Origin: Ramazzottius varieornatus
Lineage: Eukaryota; Animalia; Tardigrada
Direction of reading: 5' to 3'
NCBI GenBank assembly: GCA_001949185.1
Contig: BDGG01000018.1
Span: 124,001 to 188,000, forward strand
Length of the DNA: 64,000 bases
Every line of letters starts with the position of its first letter. Within the stretch, counting starts at the first letter, position 1. The position numbers and the translations under genes are program-made. Under the pieces are notes generated by a model, which saw nothing but the letters and a program-made list of their open reading frames with translations, ran no database searches and was not told where the DNA came from. This document shows positions 1 through 13,379 of this stretch, one piece after another.

Positions 1-164
1 TTTGGGACTTTTGGTACCTGTCTTGGCTGATCATTTGCGACAGTACGCCAGTTTTTTGCATAACTTGTCGGCCTTGGCTAATGCTGGCAGCTTAAGCAAG
101 TCCACAAGCTGCAACGGAAGCCAGGAGGGAGGTCAGTTTAAAGTAGCCTTATTTTTCGGCCGTT

Positions 165-1950
165 TTGTTCCCCAGCTTTGGTTGGGTCAATCTTGACGAT
201 AATTATATCATAGGTGGCGGTGGCGGGCAGTTGGGTGAAGTTAGCAGTCTGACCGTGTACTTCTCGTCGCTGATGGCCAACTCCAGCTGGAGCAACTTGA
301 AGTTTGTGGAGGCGGTGGAGAGGAACAGCAAGCTGACGCTGATTGTGCTGAAGAAGCTGCTGACCTTCTGCCCGGAAGTGCATAAGTTTGTCATGAAGGA
401 AATCCAAGCCAATGCCGTCTACTCGGACTTGGCGGCCCACTTCAGCGAGATGAGGGTCTTTGCCGCCGATCAAGCAGGTAGGAAAGCATGGCCAGTCAAA
501 AAGGGAGCTGCCAATTGAATGTGTCCACTAAATTCGTTAAGATGGCCACAGTCTTTTTGGGCATTGTACTGAGTGCTATCGTTTTGGGCAGATGAGCTTG
601 AGGAGAAGAATGGGGCGCAGCCGAGGGAAGAAGAGGGCTGGAGTGAGACATCGGCGGAGGAATGGCTGCTGGTGCGGCAGCAGCTGTCGTCCAAGTATCG
701 GCTGGACGGGAGGGTGCAGCAGCAAGCCATGCTGCAACTGACCAAGACGCCACCAGCCCTCAAGAGCGCCTCGGCCTTCCAACTGCTCCTCCTCCTCTGT
801 GACCCTGTTCAGTTTAAGGTACCCAGCCTGAGGCTGCCTTTCCGCCCTCTTGTCGCATTCTTCCTCTGTCCTTTCCCTTCTTGGCAGATCTACCAGAAAG
901 ATATGTTGGCTTTGGCAGCTGGGGCCATGACGGCGTTGGCTGACAGTGTCCCTGTCGACTCTGAAGAGGCCCACCAAATGTAGGGGGTTATGCCTCTTGT
1001 CTTTCATGTGTTGTGTCAGACCCTGAAGTGACCGTCTTTGACTTGTAGAGGCGATGGCTTGCTGTCAGAGGAGGTCTTGACCAACTTTGTGGCGGCCGCC
1101 GCTAGCGACGAGCTGGCACTGCAACCGGCCATCAGCCTGCTGTCCGTCTTGCTCAAGTGGAGCTGGTGTTGCCCGCGACTGTGCACTGGCGATGCCGGTA
1201 AGTCCCTGTCTCACTGAATGAAGGTAGGAAGCTGTGCTACTAGGGTCTTTTTTCTATGTCTCCTCAGAGACCTGTCCGCTGCTACGGCTGTACCTCAACG
1301 TCTTCAGCATTCCCCCGCTGAAGCAGCGCCACGTCATCGACCAAGGCCTCCTGCACAAGCAGATGCTGGACTGTCTCTTTGACATCTGCTTCGCCACCGA
1401 CCCCCACAAGACGGCCCTGCTGGCTTATCCCCAACGCCACTGTGTCATCTCGGTACAGTACCATTTCCTTTGTACTGCTGGCCCAAGCGCCAGCTATTAC
1501 GGTGACAGTGTAAATGTCACGGTGTGGTTGTAGTTGATGCACTTGTTTGTGGAGGTGCTGCACTCTTACGTCTGGTCCTTGAGCAGCCAGGCCGAGTTTG
1601 CCCAAGAGGACCAGGTCGGCCTGTGCTTGCCCTCTTTCCAGCAGATCATTCTGGAAGGTGTCCTCTTCCTGTACTGCATGAAGAACCGCCAGACCTCGGC
1701 CAGCACCTTCCAGAAAATGATCCACCTGGTCAACCACTACCTACAGGAAATTATTGTCCTCCTCCACCATCAGCGCCTCTTCTCATACTCGGAAGAATTC
1801 CGTAAGTTGTATCCATCAATGGGCAAGACACACAACGTGAAACCAGACCCTACTCTTTCTGCTCTAGAAACTTGTCTGGAGCACATGTATGACGACGTCA
1901 TTCACAGCAAGCTCAGCTTGGCCCCACTTTCTGCGCAGCCAATGGAATGA
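165..1950 (+). CDS. 3' part of a multi-exon gene for an unknown, Leu-rich, probably alpha-helical protein (5' end probably outside the window)
   Basis: Successive + strand ORFs join across GT-AG introns (donors near 478, 819, 1197, 1452, 1802) and end at TGA 1948-1950. No family recognised. Confidence 0.6.
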
Positions 1951-2343
1951 CGTCAACACATGATCATTTCTCCAGCACAATTCCTCTTCAATTTTTCCAT
2001 TTTGATTTTTTAGCAAAGTATTTGTCGGTTCAAACTGCAATCCACCTTCGATATGGACAGTGCAGTTCGTTCTCTTCTCTGTAGTATTAGCTTTTTGGCA
2101 TCGTTCTCTGCTCAGTTCGGTGGTGGCTTTTGCGCTGTGATGACATTGGGGCCTGTGGAAAGCCATGTGACGCCTCCATTTTTTACCTTGGAGAAACGCC
2201 TTTTTCGTTTTATCTCTCCTTGGAGCTTCCCTCTCGACGTTGTCTGGCAATTATTCGAGTAAAAAGGAGGAGCCTAGAAAGGTGTCGGCTTGTGTGCGCA
2301 ACGGTTCTCGTCTGTTTGGCGAAGAGAAGCAAGATAGGTGTGG

Positions 2344-3483
2344 ATGATGGAGGATATTGTAGAAGAGAGTGTCCGTCTGCTTAAGCCTCTTCTGGCCACT
2401 GATCCTCTTCTGGCCAATGTGGACCATGGCCAGCTTCTTCTCCATCCACCCATCGGCTATGTCTACGATGTCATCATGGCCATCAGCCTTAGCTTTCCGG
2501 CCCTCAGCCAGTGCTTGACCTCCCTCGATCGCAGTCGCCACCTCTCTCTGAAGAACGACAGCTCTCAACGACGAGCCTTTCTCCGCGAAATTGCCGCTTT
2601 TGCTCAGTGGCAGGACAATGGCCATACCTCTTCACCATCGATGGTCTTCGATGGCCATGTCTTTTCTAAAGGCCAAGGTGCAAAGCAGAGCAACTTGCTC
2701 CTACAACGACTGGCCAAGATGGCCGTCGAAAGCGACAGGCAAGTCCATCAAGGAGGGCAGGCCCATCTTACCAATCTCTTGGCCACAAAGGCAGCCAGTG
2801 GCGTTAGTGGAGCTAAAGGCAAGAGGCCTTCCAAGAAGTTTGTCGGCCACATTCTTCAACCAAAGTCCATCACTTTAGGTGCTGCATCGAAAGGGCCAAC
2901 CGAAAGGAAGCCAGGCATGGTTGGCGCAGCGAAAGCCTTCTCTGCTGCCTCCTTTCCTCCAGCAGTTGCAAAAGCAGCCACACTTCCCAGCCTAGCGGCC
3001 CTTGAGGCGGAAAGGACTCTTGGACCACAAGCAGCTTCGTACTGGCCACTGACTCAATGTCCAGCCGTCGATGGCGCGGTAAGCTTTCCTTCCTTCTGGT
3101 AGCATACTGCGACGCACCATATCATATAGTACAAGACATATTGGACACTGCGTAAGCACACTGTCATGACCCACAATTGCAGCACACTGTTTTGTTATCC
3201 ATTTCAGGAGGGCCTGCTGGACCGAGACTGTGCAGTACAGCAGGCCCCTAAACTCTGCCATATTCCCACGAGCACGTGCCAGCCTGTCGGTACTGACCAC
3301 TTAAGTCATTTACTGGAAGAAATGCGCCAGCTGGCCAGCACTATCAAGAGCCTCAAACTTCAAAACAGCCACATCCTCACTGAGTTGACAGCTGCCGATA
3401 GAACAATACAAGCAACATCGCACAGTCTAAACGTTCTGGGAGCCTACTCTTTAATAAAAGACAGTAGTCAATATCCGTCATAG
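2344..3483 (+). CDS. Divergent TRAF3IP1/IFT54 (MIP-T3)-like protein, 2 exons (intron 3079-3207)
   Basis: The N-terminus (LLLHPPIGYVYDVI...RRAFL...G..KQSNLLLQRLAK) follows the IFT54 calponin-homology pattern (LLxKPPFRYLHDII...KISFL...G...TNELLQxIGK). A Lys/Ala/Pro-rich linker and a C-terminal coiled coil follow. Confidence 0.6.
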
Positions 3484-3618
3484 CGTAACGTCAGCGTAAC
3501 GTAAGGCATCATACAGTACTCGAGTACTGCAGGAAAAATGATGAGCTAAAGGTGTGGACAAGAGCGACTGGATAGCGATGCAAGAGAGATGGGAGGGAGG
3601 TGCTGAGCAGGCCGACGG

Positions 3619-3975
3619 TCAGAAGTCTAGAGGAGGGCATAGTTGGTCTACTGGAGGGCCTTCCTTCTTCTGCGCATCTTCAGTGCTGTCCTGCGCCCCA
3701 TTCTGCTGCACATCGGCCATGCTTGGCGCGTCTTCCACAGGCTGCACCGTCTGTCCGTTGGGCAGCCATTGGACGCGCTCTCCTGGGTAATCGTCGTCGT
3801 ACTTGCGTGAGGGTAAGATGACTTGGAAGGGACCTCCGACGGCGTTGGGGGCAAGGAGGGGGTCTTGGGACAGAGATCGCTTTAGTCCGACGTAATGGTA
3901 GCTGCCGCAACCTCGCAGGTGGACAACGTTACTGCCCTCTTCCCCAACTTTCTCTTGCCAACGCTTGCCTTCCAT
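3619..3975 (-). CDS. Hypothetical protein or last exon of a minus-strand gene
   Basis: ORF of about 118 codons downstream of a ttgcag acceptor, with several upstream splice-like sites to about 4770. No consistent upstream frame or homology found. Confidence 0.3.
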   Translation of the reverse strand: MEGKRWQEKVGEEGSNVVHLRGCGSYHYVGLKRSLSQDPLLAPNAVGGPFQVILPSRKYDDDYPGERVQWLPNGQTVQPVEDAPSMADVQQNGAQDSTEDAQKKEGPPVDQLCPPLDF

Positions 3976-4989
3976 CGTCAAGATCTGTCAGCTTATCCTG
4001 CAAATGAGGGACAATGACGCAGTCAATCACAGCACAGCTAGAGAGAAAGGCGCGAAATCGATCTAGGTACAACCAGCCATCGATCAGCCTTGTGGGCAGC
4101 TGGCAAATGGCTGTGGATGCAAAACGTGATGGACGGCCATTGGCGATACCATTGACCAAAGAGATAAGTCAGGGCCCCTGCAACGAATAAACGAGGCAAA
4201 CAATAAATGAAGGAACAAAGGAAGAGGTGGAACGACCTGTATCCAGCTTTGTGCAGTAGCACCGACAGTAGCAGATCCGCTCCAAATCTGCTCTGACGCC
4301 TCTTGTATGGTTCTTGGTGGGAAAGAAGATAGTGAATGGCTGGCAGTGCCCTACTTGTACTGGTGGAAGGGGTCCGACCCGTCGCGCCCAGACGAAAAGG
4401 AAGCCAGTTGTACTAGTGACGGCCAAGGTTGTCCAGCAGGTGGGCCATGGTTGGATGGATGGACAGACAAAGCCTGTCGACATCAACAGCATCAAGTTCC
4501 GGCAGTGACCACTCTTCTTCTCCGCCACTCGATCGAGACCATTTTGCGCAAAGATCTGGGCCCGGGACCGAACCAAGCTTCAAAAAACACGAAGGTCCGA
4601 AAACAACCTTGCACCGCCCTACAACCGAGTTGGTCGATCCCAAGACTTGCGAAGGCGCGAAGGGAAAGTTTGGAACAATAAAAAGTGTGGAACCATGCAA
4701 CTCCCATACAGCGGAACGGAAGTTCGTACGTACATGTGCAATTCACACCAATGCACTTTTTGACATTTTTCTGCGGTTGAATTGTAGATTTGCCGTCTTT
4801 TCCGCCTGTTCCAAACTTTTTACTATGTCAAACTTTCCCTTCTAGCGTGTACCTTTGTCGACAAGATATGGGTACTGCCCCATATTAAACCGTAGAAGCC
4901 AGCTTAGCTTACCTGCCCTCCGTGCTTTGTGCCAGGAGATGTCCGGAAACGTCATGATGAAAGGATGAAGCGGATATGGGTGTTGCCAA

Positions 4990-7346
4990 CGAGGGGATTA
5001 CGCCTGTCCCCACCTCTTTTTGGTCAAACTGTCCTGGCGGAACGAGAGAGGAGAGTCTCTTCTAGGATCTGAGCCAGTGAGCTAAATTCCGCGTCGATCC
5101 TGGAACAAACTACAGGGACTCGGAAGTGACGTCAGAAATTTGTGCCAATGACGTAGAAACCTGATGTCTTGTAGTTCCACGTTAGACCTAACAAACAAAC
5201 CCTGAAACCCATCAGTAAACAAACTTGTTACGGCAAAAAGATAGTACAGAAATGATGAGCGTCATAAAAGTGATGGAAGCAAAGACGGCCCTTGCACCAC
5301 CCGCGACCAGAAGAACAATGTCTCTGCAGTTCTCGTGAAGACAACTGCCTTTCAGCTTATCAAACATAAAATTGGCTGGATTAACATACACGAAACGTTC
5401 GTTGGTATATCCCGACTTATACCAAGCTTCAGCTATCGAATTTTCGAACCTGGGCGACTGAAACTGTTGATACAGCAAAGAGTGCAATCTCAAAATCACA
5501 TCGCGATGATGCACTTGAACGGGTAAATCGTGCAAAAAGACAAAGTCGGATATCTTCTTGAAGCAGCCTTTGTACATCCTAAAGCATAACACATCCAGCG
5601 GTTGAAGTTAACCGGTAACTTTCGGAGGGATGGTCAGCATTTCGTACTCCAGCTCTTCCGGTTTCAGTTCAATCACAGAATCTTGATTGGTGAAGGTCTT
5701 CCACGAGTCGGCCAAGAAAATGCACCGCTCTTCCATATGAGGGAAAAGAACTTTTTCTGACCACTCTAAGTAGAGCTTCTTGGTCATCATCCCGGATGTC
5801 GAAGCAGTGACATACAGATTATCAGCCTTGAACATCGTTCTCGACACGATTGGACCAAACACTCCTTTCTCTTCCTTCAGCGTTAGGAAAAGAACAGGAA
5901 GAAACTTACGCCTGCCCGGGGAGACCGCCATCATCACAGTGTAGCTATGTGTCATGGAATTCTCCGACTAGGTGATCGCTTCCACGTGTTTTACTCCAGC
6001 AGTTTCCAAAGTTCTTCCTGGTCTCATCTCATATTCAAAGCCTGACTGATCCGCATTCCACAGACAGTATAACCCGTACTCTGCGATCCTTGATCTGACA
6101 AGCGCAACGCAGGATTCAGCACTTTCCTTGACGTGAGGCGCTTCTTGTACGGATTTCTTGGTGACGAACTTGGTTATTTTCCGGTCAACGATCCCATAAT
6201 ATCTAGAAAATATTTATTTCGTTGAAGGAAATCGAAGCACAAAAAACTGTTGGTACCATTTGAGTTTTTCGATCCAGTCTGGGGAAGCAGTGAAACCGGC
6301 CAAGTTCACCGTTTCGTTCGCAGTGAGAGCCCATCGACGTAAGTCCAAATCCTTGACCACTTGCTTTTTCCTTTTAGCGGGGAAGAACTGCTTACCGACA
6401 TCCAAACGTAGAGCCTTCAACTTGTCCAGCCTGGAATCGCCTTCCACTACCTGCTTTTTCCAGTCGTACAGCTGCCGTATGCTGGTTACTTTACCAAAAC
6501 TTCTCTGAACAGTGGCCAACGTGAGACGCTTCTTCTTCACGGCGTTTCTCCAGTATGTAACCGCACGTTTCTTGTACTCCAAGTTGACTAACTGATCCAC
6601 TGGAAGCTTGGGGTTAGGAAGTCGTGGGATGTATAGCTCATGGGAAGAAGGTTCAGTTCCGCTGGAAACAGGCTCAAGCAGTCTATCAGGTTCCTTAACG
6701 TCCAAGTCAGCTTCACTCCGGCCATTCAGCAGGTTGCACTAGACAACAGATGCTTCGTAATCTTCAAATGACTCGACGCGGATCTGCAGATCATACTGGA
6801 GGTCTTCTTCAACGGCATACACAGGAGTAAAACTTTGGGTGATCTTCGAGTCGATGAAATCTAGGAAAGATTACGAATCAAATTAGTATCTTTTTTGTTT
6901 TTGAGCTCCAGTGCACAGCAAGATCACCTTTAACTATGTCCTTGAACTGCCTGTCAGCTTCGCTTGGAAAGTCGTCGATACGGTAGTGCAGTTTGTAGTC
7001 CCATTCCAGCAGCTTGATAACATTCAGCAAGTTGATGGATTCCATTTCAGAGAAGCGCAGGAATGAATGAGCAAATGAGAGAAGGTTGAAAAACAAAAGA
7101 AAACTTGATGAGCAGGAAGCACAGGCTCAATCAGCAACCGAATCAACCATCGAACAATCAAGTCTTGATTGTTCATTACTCTGCTTATATACCGCCCTAC
7201 TTCTGACGTCACTCCCGAGTCCCTGTAGTTTGTTCCAGGATCGACGCGGGATTCAGCTCACTGGCTCAGATCCTAGAAGAGACTTTCCTCTCTCGTTCCG
7301 CCAGGACAGTTTGACCAAAAAGGTGGGGACAGGCATAATCCCCTCG
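4990..7346 (-). mobile_element. Tc4/Tc5-like (pogo-related) DNA transposon, full length, defective (copy 1)
   Basis: Terminal inverted repeats of about 148 bp (CGAGGGGATTACGCC... / ...GGCATAATCCCCTCG), a 3-bp CAA duplication (ccaa|...|caag), and an internal transposase. Confidence 0.92.
5228..7045 (-). pseudogene. Transposase of copy 1 (HTH + DDE_1-type domain + C-terminal Cys/His-rich motif), two introns, several stops and a frameshift
   Basis: Motifs FTASPDWIEKLK, WNADQSGF, LADSW, IPPKVTG*LQPLDV, CLHENC. Stops near 6740, 5970 and 5608. Introns about 6862-6928 and 6203-6257. Confidence 0.9.
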
Positions 7347-8642
7347 CAAGATTGAGGGCGCGGCCCGATGCAAGCACTACAAAGAAACACTGAAACCTTC
7401 ACCCTATTTCTGACCAACCTATGTCTAAACCCAGGGAGCGGCTGGGCATTTTCTTACTTGCAAAATTCCCTACCATCAAACCTAATCTCCCGGCCGGCTC
7501 CATAAAAAAAGAGCAAAGCGTCAGCAAAATAGAAAAAGTTGGACCTGTCATCGGACGATTTGACTAATGTGTACATGTTGAAGGGTTAGCGGCGCAGAGA
7601 GACGGTATGGAAGTAAGCAAGTGTGGCCTGTTGTCACTCTCTTACGCTTATTATGAAGCAGTGCAGATCTACAGTAGATGTCCATGCGCACTGTAAAAAG
7701 GTAGAGCAGCAGACAATAGAGAGTTTCTGGATGGGATTCGCTTAAAGGGATGGGATGGGATTTATCCCATCATGGCGGTCTGCCTGCCACCTAATTGACT
7801 TGTGGGCCATTACGGAGATGCTGAGCTGGGTATGGGTAGTGGAGTAGACGGCGGAAATGAGAATTAGAAGTTAATGGCGCACAGTAGTGTTGAGGACTGC
7901 ACCTATAGCTATCAGCTGAGCAGCTGCTCGGATTGTCAAGCCAGCAATTATTTCCGGCCGTCGGTGTACAGTATAAAATGCCAGAAGGGTTGCCCGACCT
8001 GGGCCATTCCCAAGATGCACCATCTGCTGAGTGGCTATTCCCTGCAGAGATTCATCCCCTTGCTGTTGGCGCATCCCCCCATGACGAGCTCAACACTGTG
8101 CTTACGGCTAGACCAGCCTTGGATATAGCATTCCGGCCCACGGCAGTCTACGCCGCCATAAATTATTTAGACGTTCCCATATGCATGCACTCCTCTCTGG
8201 TAATCACTTTGATAGCCTCCATGGAGGTCCCTATCGGAACAGGCCTTGCTTAATCACATCAAACAAGACATTCTTTGGACTACTACACGCTCGACATTTG
8301 ATAGCGGCCCAGCTACTGTTTGCTCCATCAGCGCCGGCGCCAACCATGAAAGTTGAGTGGCCTTCTTGCCCATGTGGAACACTGGCAGGTTGATCTACTG
8401 CACTCAACCAGTACATTATATGGTTATCACATTTTGATGAAGCGCGACTTTATTGCCATCATATTGTCATCCTGGCGGTATTGCCATCGTGCTCGACGTT
8501 GTATGATCTGCTAGTGGCAACCGACTTGTTCCTTTAAAGAGACAAACTGTTTCCCTTTCTTTGACCACTGCCGATCGACGCCAGGTATGCAAGTCTATGG
8601 CCATTGAATTGAAACGATAGAATGATCGGACTTGGTTTACAG

Positions 8643-11600
8643 CGCGGTCAGTGCGGCTGAAGATGGCGGTGTCGCAGTGGCAGTCGCGTCACCCGCAGAA
8701 CCAGTCGGAACAAATCAGGATATCCTCGGAGAAGGAGTTTGAGTGTCGCCACCAGACGGACTTGGACAACCTAGTTAATATGGGTCTTCCGACCACGGCA
8801 GAGAGTGCGACACAACACTGGGCCTTTTGCCCTCGAGAATGGGATCTGCTGGCATGCTGGCCGCCGACGGTAAGCCACATAATGTGTTTCTTTTTGTCTC
8901 CGTAGCCTTGATGGTGGCGCCAGCCATCCCTTAGATAAACATTGGCCATTATTGCCCAAAAAAATTACCGGCTACCCCCATCGCGCTGGCGGCAGCCATC
9001 ATTGAACTCAAAGAGAAAGATAAGGTTATCGATTGTCTTGTAAGCTGATAACAGACTAGGGTGTCATCGCTCTGTTTTCGGCAGTCTCGCCAAGCACCAT
9101 AATAAGCGCTCTGCTCTTTGCTTTGCAGCTTCCCAACGCTACCGTCAATATACCCTGCCCAGATTACGTCCAAGGATTCCATCCTCACGGTATGATCCTC
9201 CTGCTATTTCTTTCTTGGGCCCACAGACGATCAACCGTTTACAGAAAGCAGTCGCGTCTGCCTTTTTATACTTTGTATATTGCCAAATTGACAAAGTAGA
9301 AGGCCAGTGAAACAGTGAGATGGCAGCGCTCTAATCTTGTCTCATTAATGCAAAGATTGAGGCTCTAGGCCATGTTATACCATGTAGGCACAGCTCGTCA
9401 CTATGTGGTTAGGTGCTTTAAAGGACAATCAAAACGTACAAGTCGAGATAAGGTATTGGTGACCTTCCAGGCTTTGCCAGCCGCTTTTGTACGGAGAACG
9501 GTACATGGGCCATGCGCTTTAGTGCAAGGTTTGGGGAATATCGCAATTGGAGTAACTATTCGCAATGCTACAACGTTTCATCGCCTATCAACGTCTTCAG
9601 CGTCGACAACAACCTTTCCCCAACAACAACAACAAGAACACTTCCCCATCAAGAATCGCTGCACCACATCCGCCTGATGGCAGTTACCGGCTACACCGTT
9701 TCCCTGATTTCCCTGGTGGCCGCTGTCGCTATCTTACTTGCCTTCAAGTGAGCTCCCTGACAGGCAATCTTATTGTTTTAAGAATACCTGTGAAAAAGAG
9801 CTGACCTAAGACCAACACTGAACAGCTCATTATTGAACCTTCTGCAACAACTTTTTATGTGAAGCAAAGTAGAGTGCCGATGCTGTATTGCCATGCAATG
9901 TAGGGTACAGTTGGTGGGTGAGAAGTGCAGTGTCAGAAGTAGAGAGGCTTTGTGTGTTGCAGGAGACTTCACAATGGACGGAACATCCTTCACATCAACC
10001 TCTTTCTTTCCTACATATTCCGCGCTATCGCAACCATGATTGCTCGCAATGACATTGAAACGGAGCCCGGCTCTTTGCTGGCCTCGACAGACTACTATAA
10101 CACCAACGTGAGTACACATGATAACTGAGTACTGTCCTGTCTCCATAGCCATGGCCATACGGCACTTGCACCTTCGGGCCTACGCTACCATGACGTCTGT
10201 CAGACTGGGTGGCCTGACGCTGGGCTGTAATGACCTTTGCCTTTTTGATGACTTTAGGGAGTTGCTTGTCGCTTTCTGACATCCGTCTTGCACTATGCAC
10301 TTATGGCCAATTACTTTTGGATATTTGTGGAGGTACGTTTGCATGTGCTTGATGACCCTTTGCAACCGATAATACCGTAGTCGCGTATTGACCCAAGACA
10401 TAGGCGCTGCTTCCCTCTGCCTTTCAGGGCTTCTACCTCAACAACGTCATCTCCTCCATATTCAAAGATCATTCCAAGCCGTGGATCATTCGGCTGTACA
10501 TCGTCGGTGGCTGGTTTCCACCCTTCCTCTTTGTCCTGACCTGGGCTTTGGTCCGTCAGATTCACTACAACACACAGTGCGTATAATTGTCATAAGCTGT
10601 TAATCATTTTCCTCTTCTTGCACTGAGCTGGAGACATTGCTCAGATGTTCATGTCGACCGCCGATGATATTGAGGTGCATTTAGGTGTTGGCTGACTCAC
10701 GAAACTGCACAACTCAAGCAGGTCTTCTGGATTATGCGAGGACCCATAACTGCTACAATTGTGGTTAGTATGATTAAGAAGCCAACTGGAAGATTGTCTG
10801 TCATATTCCGCTTCTTCATGCAGGAGGGACTTATACCATGGTTATATGGTGTCAGGATTGGTAAACTGCCTTTACATTGCAGATGAACCTGTTGTTCTTT
10901 CTGAATATCGCCCGGATATTACTGAAGCAGTTTCAGCTGAGAGCGGCGCTATCGGAAGATGAAAGCTCAGCTCAGAAACTCAATTACATCAAGTACCGGA
11001 AAATGGCCAAAGCCACCTTGGTCCTTCTGGCCCTGTACGGTATTCATTTCTTCGTCTTGATCTTTGTGGCGGCGTTCAGCATCAGCACGGAAGCAGAGAT
11101 CATCTGGCTTGCCACTGATCAATTTTTCAGCTCCTTCCAGGTAACTCAGAAGCCGACCCGACAATTTGCCGAACTGGCTGATTCCCTGCATTTCCTTCTC
11201 CCTCCCTCTTCAGCACACTGAGCCAAATTCAGACTAGATCTTTTTCTCTAATCATGAAACATCAGTTGCAGTCTGACATTCAGTATAGATCTACGATGTC
11301 GATGGAAATGACCCTTGTGTAATGTCATGTATTTGCAGGGACTTCTGGCTTCCATCTTGTTCTGCTTTGCCAACGGGGAAGTGCGCAGTGAAATGGCCAA
11401 AGTGATGTACCATCATACAGGACGGTCATTTGGCAGTATGCGACGAACCAGCAGTCACTTGTCCAACCACACCAGAATACAGACGGCACAGTGCACCAGG
11501 CAGAACTCGCTGGTGCGACCGGCGGAGAGTATCAGGCTGGAACCTCAGCACGCCATATATTCGCCTCTGCCCAAGGACACATTCCCTCCTTGTACTTCCC

Positions 11601-11710
11601 AGCTGGCCAGTCCGCCCTCCTACGAATCTCTCTGTCTGACACACTGCCATACAGCCAACAACTCCGACGATGAAACGGAAGATGACCAGAAACGTCGTCC
11701 AACAAAATAA
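8643..11710 (+). CDS. Class B (secretin-family) GPCR, PTH-receptor-like; at least 9 exons; true start uncertain
   Basis: Hormone-binding domain (CPREWDLLACWP, PCPDYV, CTENGTW, WSNYSQC) and 7TM motifs (GYTVSL, RNILHINLF, NYFWIFVEG, YRKMAKATLVLL, SFQGLLASILFCFANGEVR) on exons bounded by GT-AG. Confidence 0.92.
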
Positions 11711-12282
11711 GGCGCATTTGCTTATATCATATATTTACTGATTTACTCACCTGAAGCTGCATCTTGGCCGCATTTGGCCTTCTCTGATGATTGCAGTGAC
11801 CGAACTCACCCATAATCGACCTTTGACGCTTTCTGCCTTCTTCAGTGACATTTGGAGAGGCTGAACATGCTGTACTCGTACCCTTACCGTTTCGTCAAGT
11901 GCGTCCGGGGAAGTCTGCATGACGCGTACGTCTCGAGTCAACCTGCGGCATCGCTGCAGAAAATTTCTTTGGAATTAAAGAAAAGCGCTGTAAAAGCCCG
12001 TGACAGTTCCTCCACTGAACAAACGGCAACTTGGCGGAAAAATTCGCTGCCGGACGGAACCGAATTCAGGCAAGAAGGGCAGAGAGCAGCCAAGCTGAAC
12101 TGCTGAATGGTGGTGAACCAGTCCGTCGAACCTTATGCAAAAGAATGACTTTTGTCACTGAGATACATACGTCATCGAGGCCGGGCTTTTTTTGTATCTG
12201 CAGTATATGATAAACACAAGCGCGAAACATCCCTTAAGGCGTTGGAGGGGCAAAAGTTGGACCGCGGTTCAACTGCACGCAT

Positions 12283-12529
12283 AGGTTTTCCTGTCCCATA
12301 CACCATGGCACACGAGCTACAGTGGGCAGGATACGGTCCCAAGCGCTCAGTCTATTAGGCCACGATCAGCTGATCGGTGAACCAAGGTAGTAATGTGGCA
12401 GTACCACTAATCGACCGTACACCACACAGTCGGCTGGGATGACGTAGCGATCAGTCAGAATTCAGATGCGACGAAACGCAACCTGCTCACTGTAGCTCAG
12501 GTGCCATGGCCAATGGGACAGGAAAACCT
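12283..12529. mobile_element. Small fold-back element (MITE-like)
   Basis: Imperfect inverted repeat of about 48 bp (AGGTTTTCCTGTCCCAT...GCTACAGTG / CACTGTAGC...ATGGGACAGGAAAACCT) with an internal GATCAGCTGATC. Confidence 0.7.
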
Positions 12530-13051
12530 CTGACTGCACCCCTATGATGACGTGCTTCGCGAAGTTCATGAAGCATTACAGTACATACCTCGTTCCGCGC
12601 GGAGCCTCTCTGTCATAGGCTCCGTACCTTTTAATGCTGATCTCTGAAGAAATATCAAGTTAACGCTTAGCAAAGCTCTGTAACTTTTCGCGAATCAGAC
12701 GACATACGACGCTGGTTTTTCCTAACTGGCACTCTGGCTCATCGTCGAGTCATCGGAACATTTTGACCCTTTTTTTACCCTTTTTTGACATGAGCTTTCA
12801 GGGAATATTCAGATACGCTGGGCACTTAAATGGAAGGTTTTACCAGTGTCCACAAGTTAAGCAGGCCACTGGCTAGACGAAGGATGGTCGATTGGCTTGG
12901 CAGGTAAAAACTATTAATAGTATGTCATTATGGCTTTGGGTGAGTCATAGAGGACAATCGCCGGCACGCCGGAAACAGCTGATTCAACGAGCGTTTTACC
13001 CTCAATAACGTGCTCTACTGTGCATTAGAAAATGATTATCCGCCCTGAATT

Positions 13052-13115
13052 TTGACGTCACTTCCGCTCCCTGCGGTGTCTTCCAGGATTTTATTCCGCC
13101 GATTCAGTCTATCTC
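13052..13115. repeat. Solo fragment of a Tc4/Tc5-like TIR
   Basis: TGACGTCACTTCC..CCCTG matches the copy 1 TIR. CCAGGATTTTATTCCGCCGATTCAGTCTATC matches the MITE TIR at 54984-55015. Confidence 0.6.
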
Positions 13116-13379
13116 AGTGTGTGGAGCAAACTCTCCTCTATCTTTCTGTCGTATTTGTTTGAAGATCAGAGTGGACAGACTGGCGTAAATCCCGTCAGTA
13201 AAGTGGCAAAGAAAGAAGGCCGAAGCGGCATCAGTTGGTTGCTGGCATGGGCAGACAATGAGCATAACAGCCAGAAGAAGCATGACCTTATAGCCTTTTC
13301 TGGTTATCACACAGTCAGGAGGAAAAGTCTGGGGCCGGGGATGATCGGTCAAGCGCAAGCTTATGCTTATCCAGGTTAG

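Noticed and set aside
7871-8416. Short ORFs upstream of the GPCR
   Set aside because: No consistent exon chain or recognisable motif.
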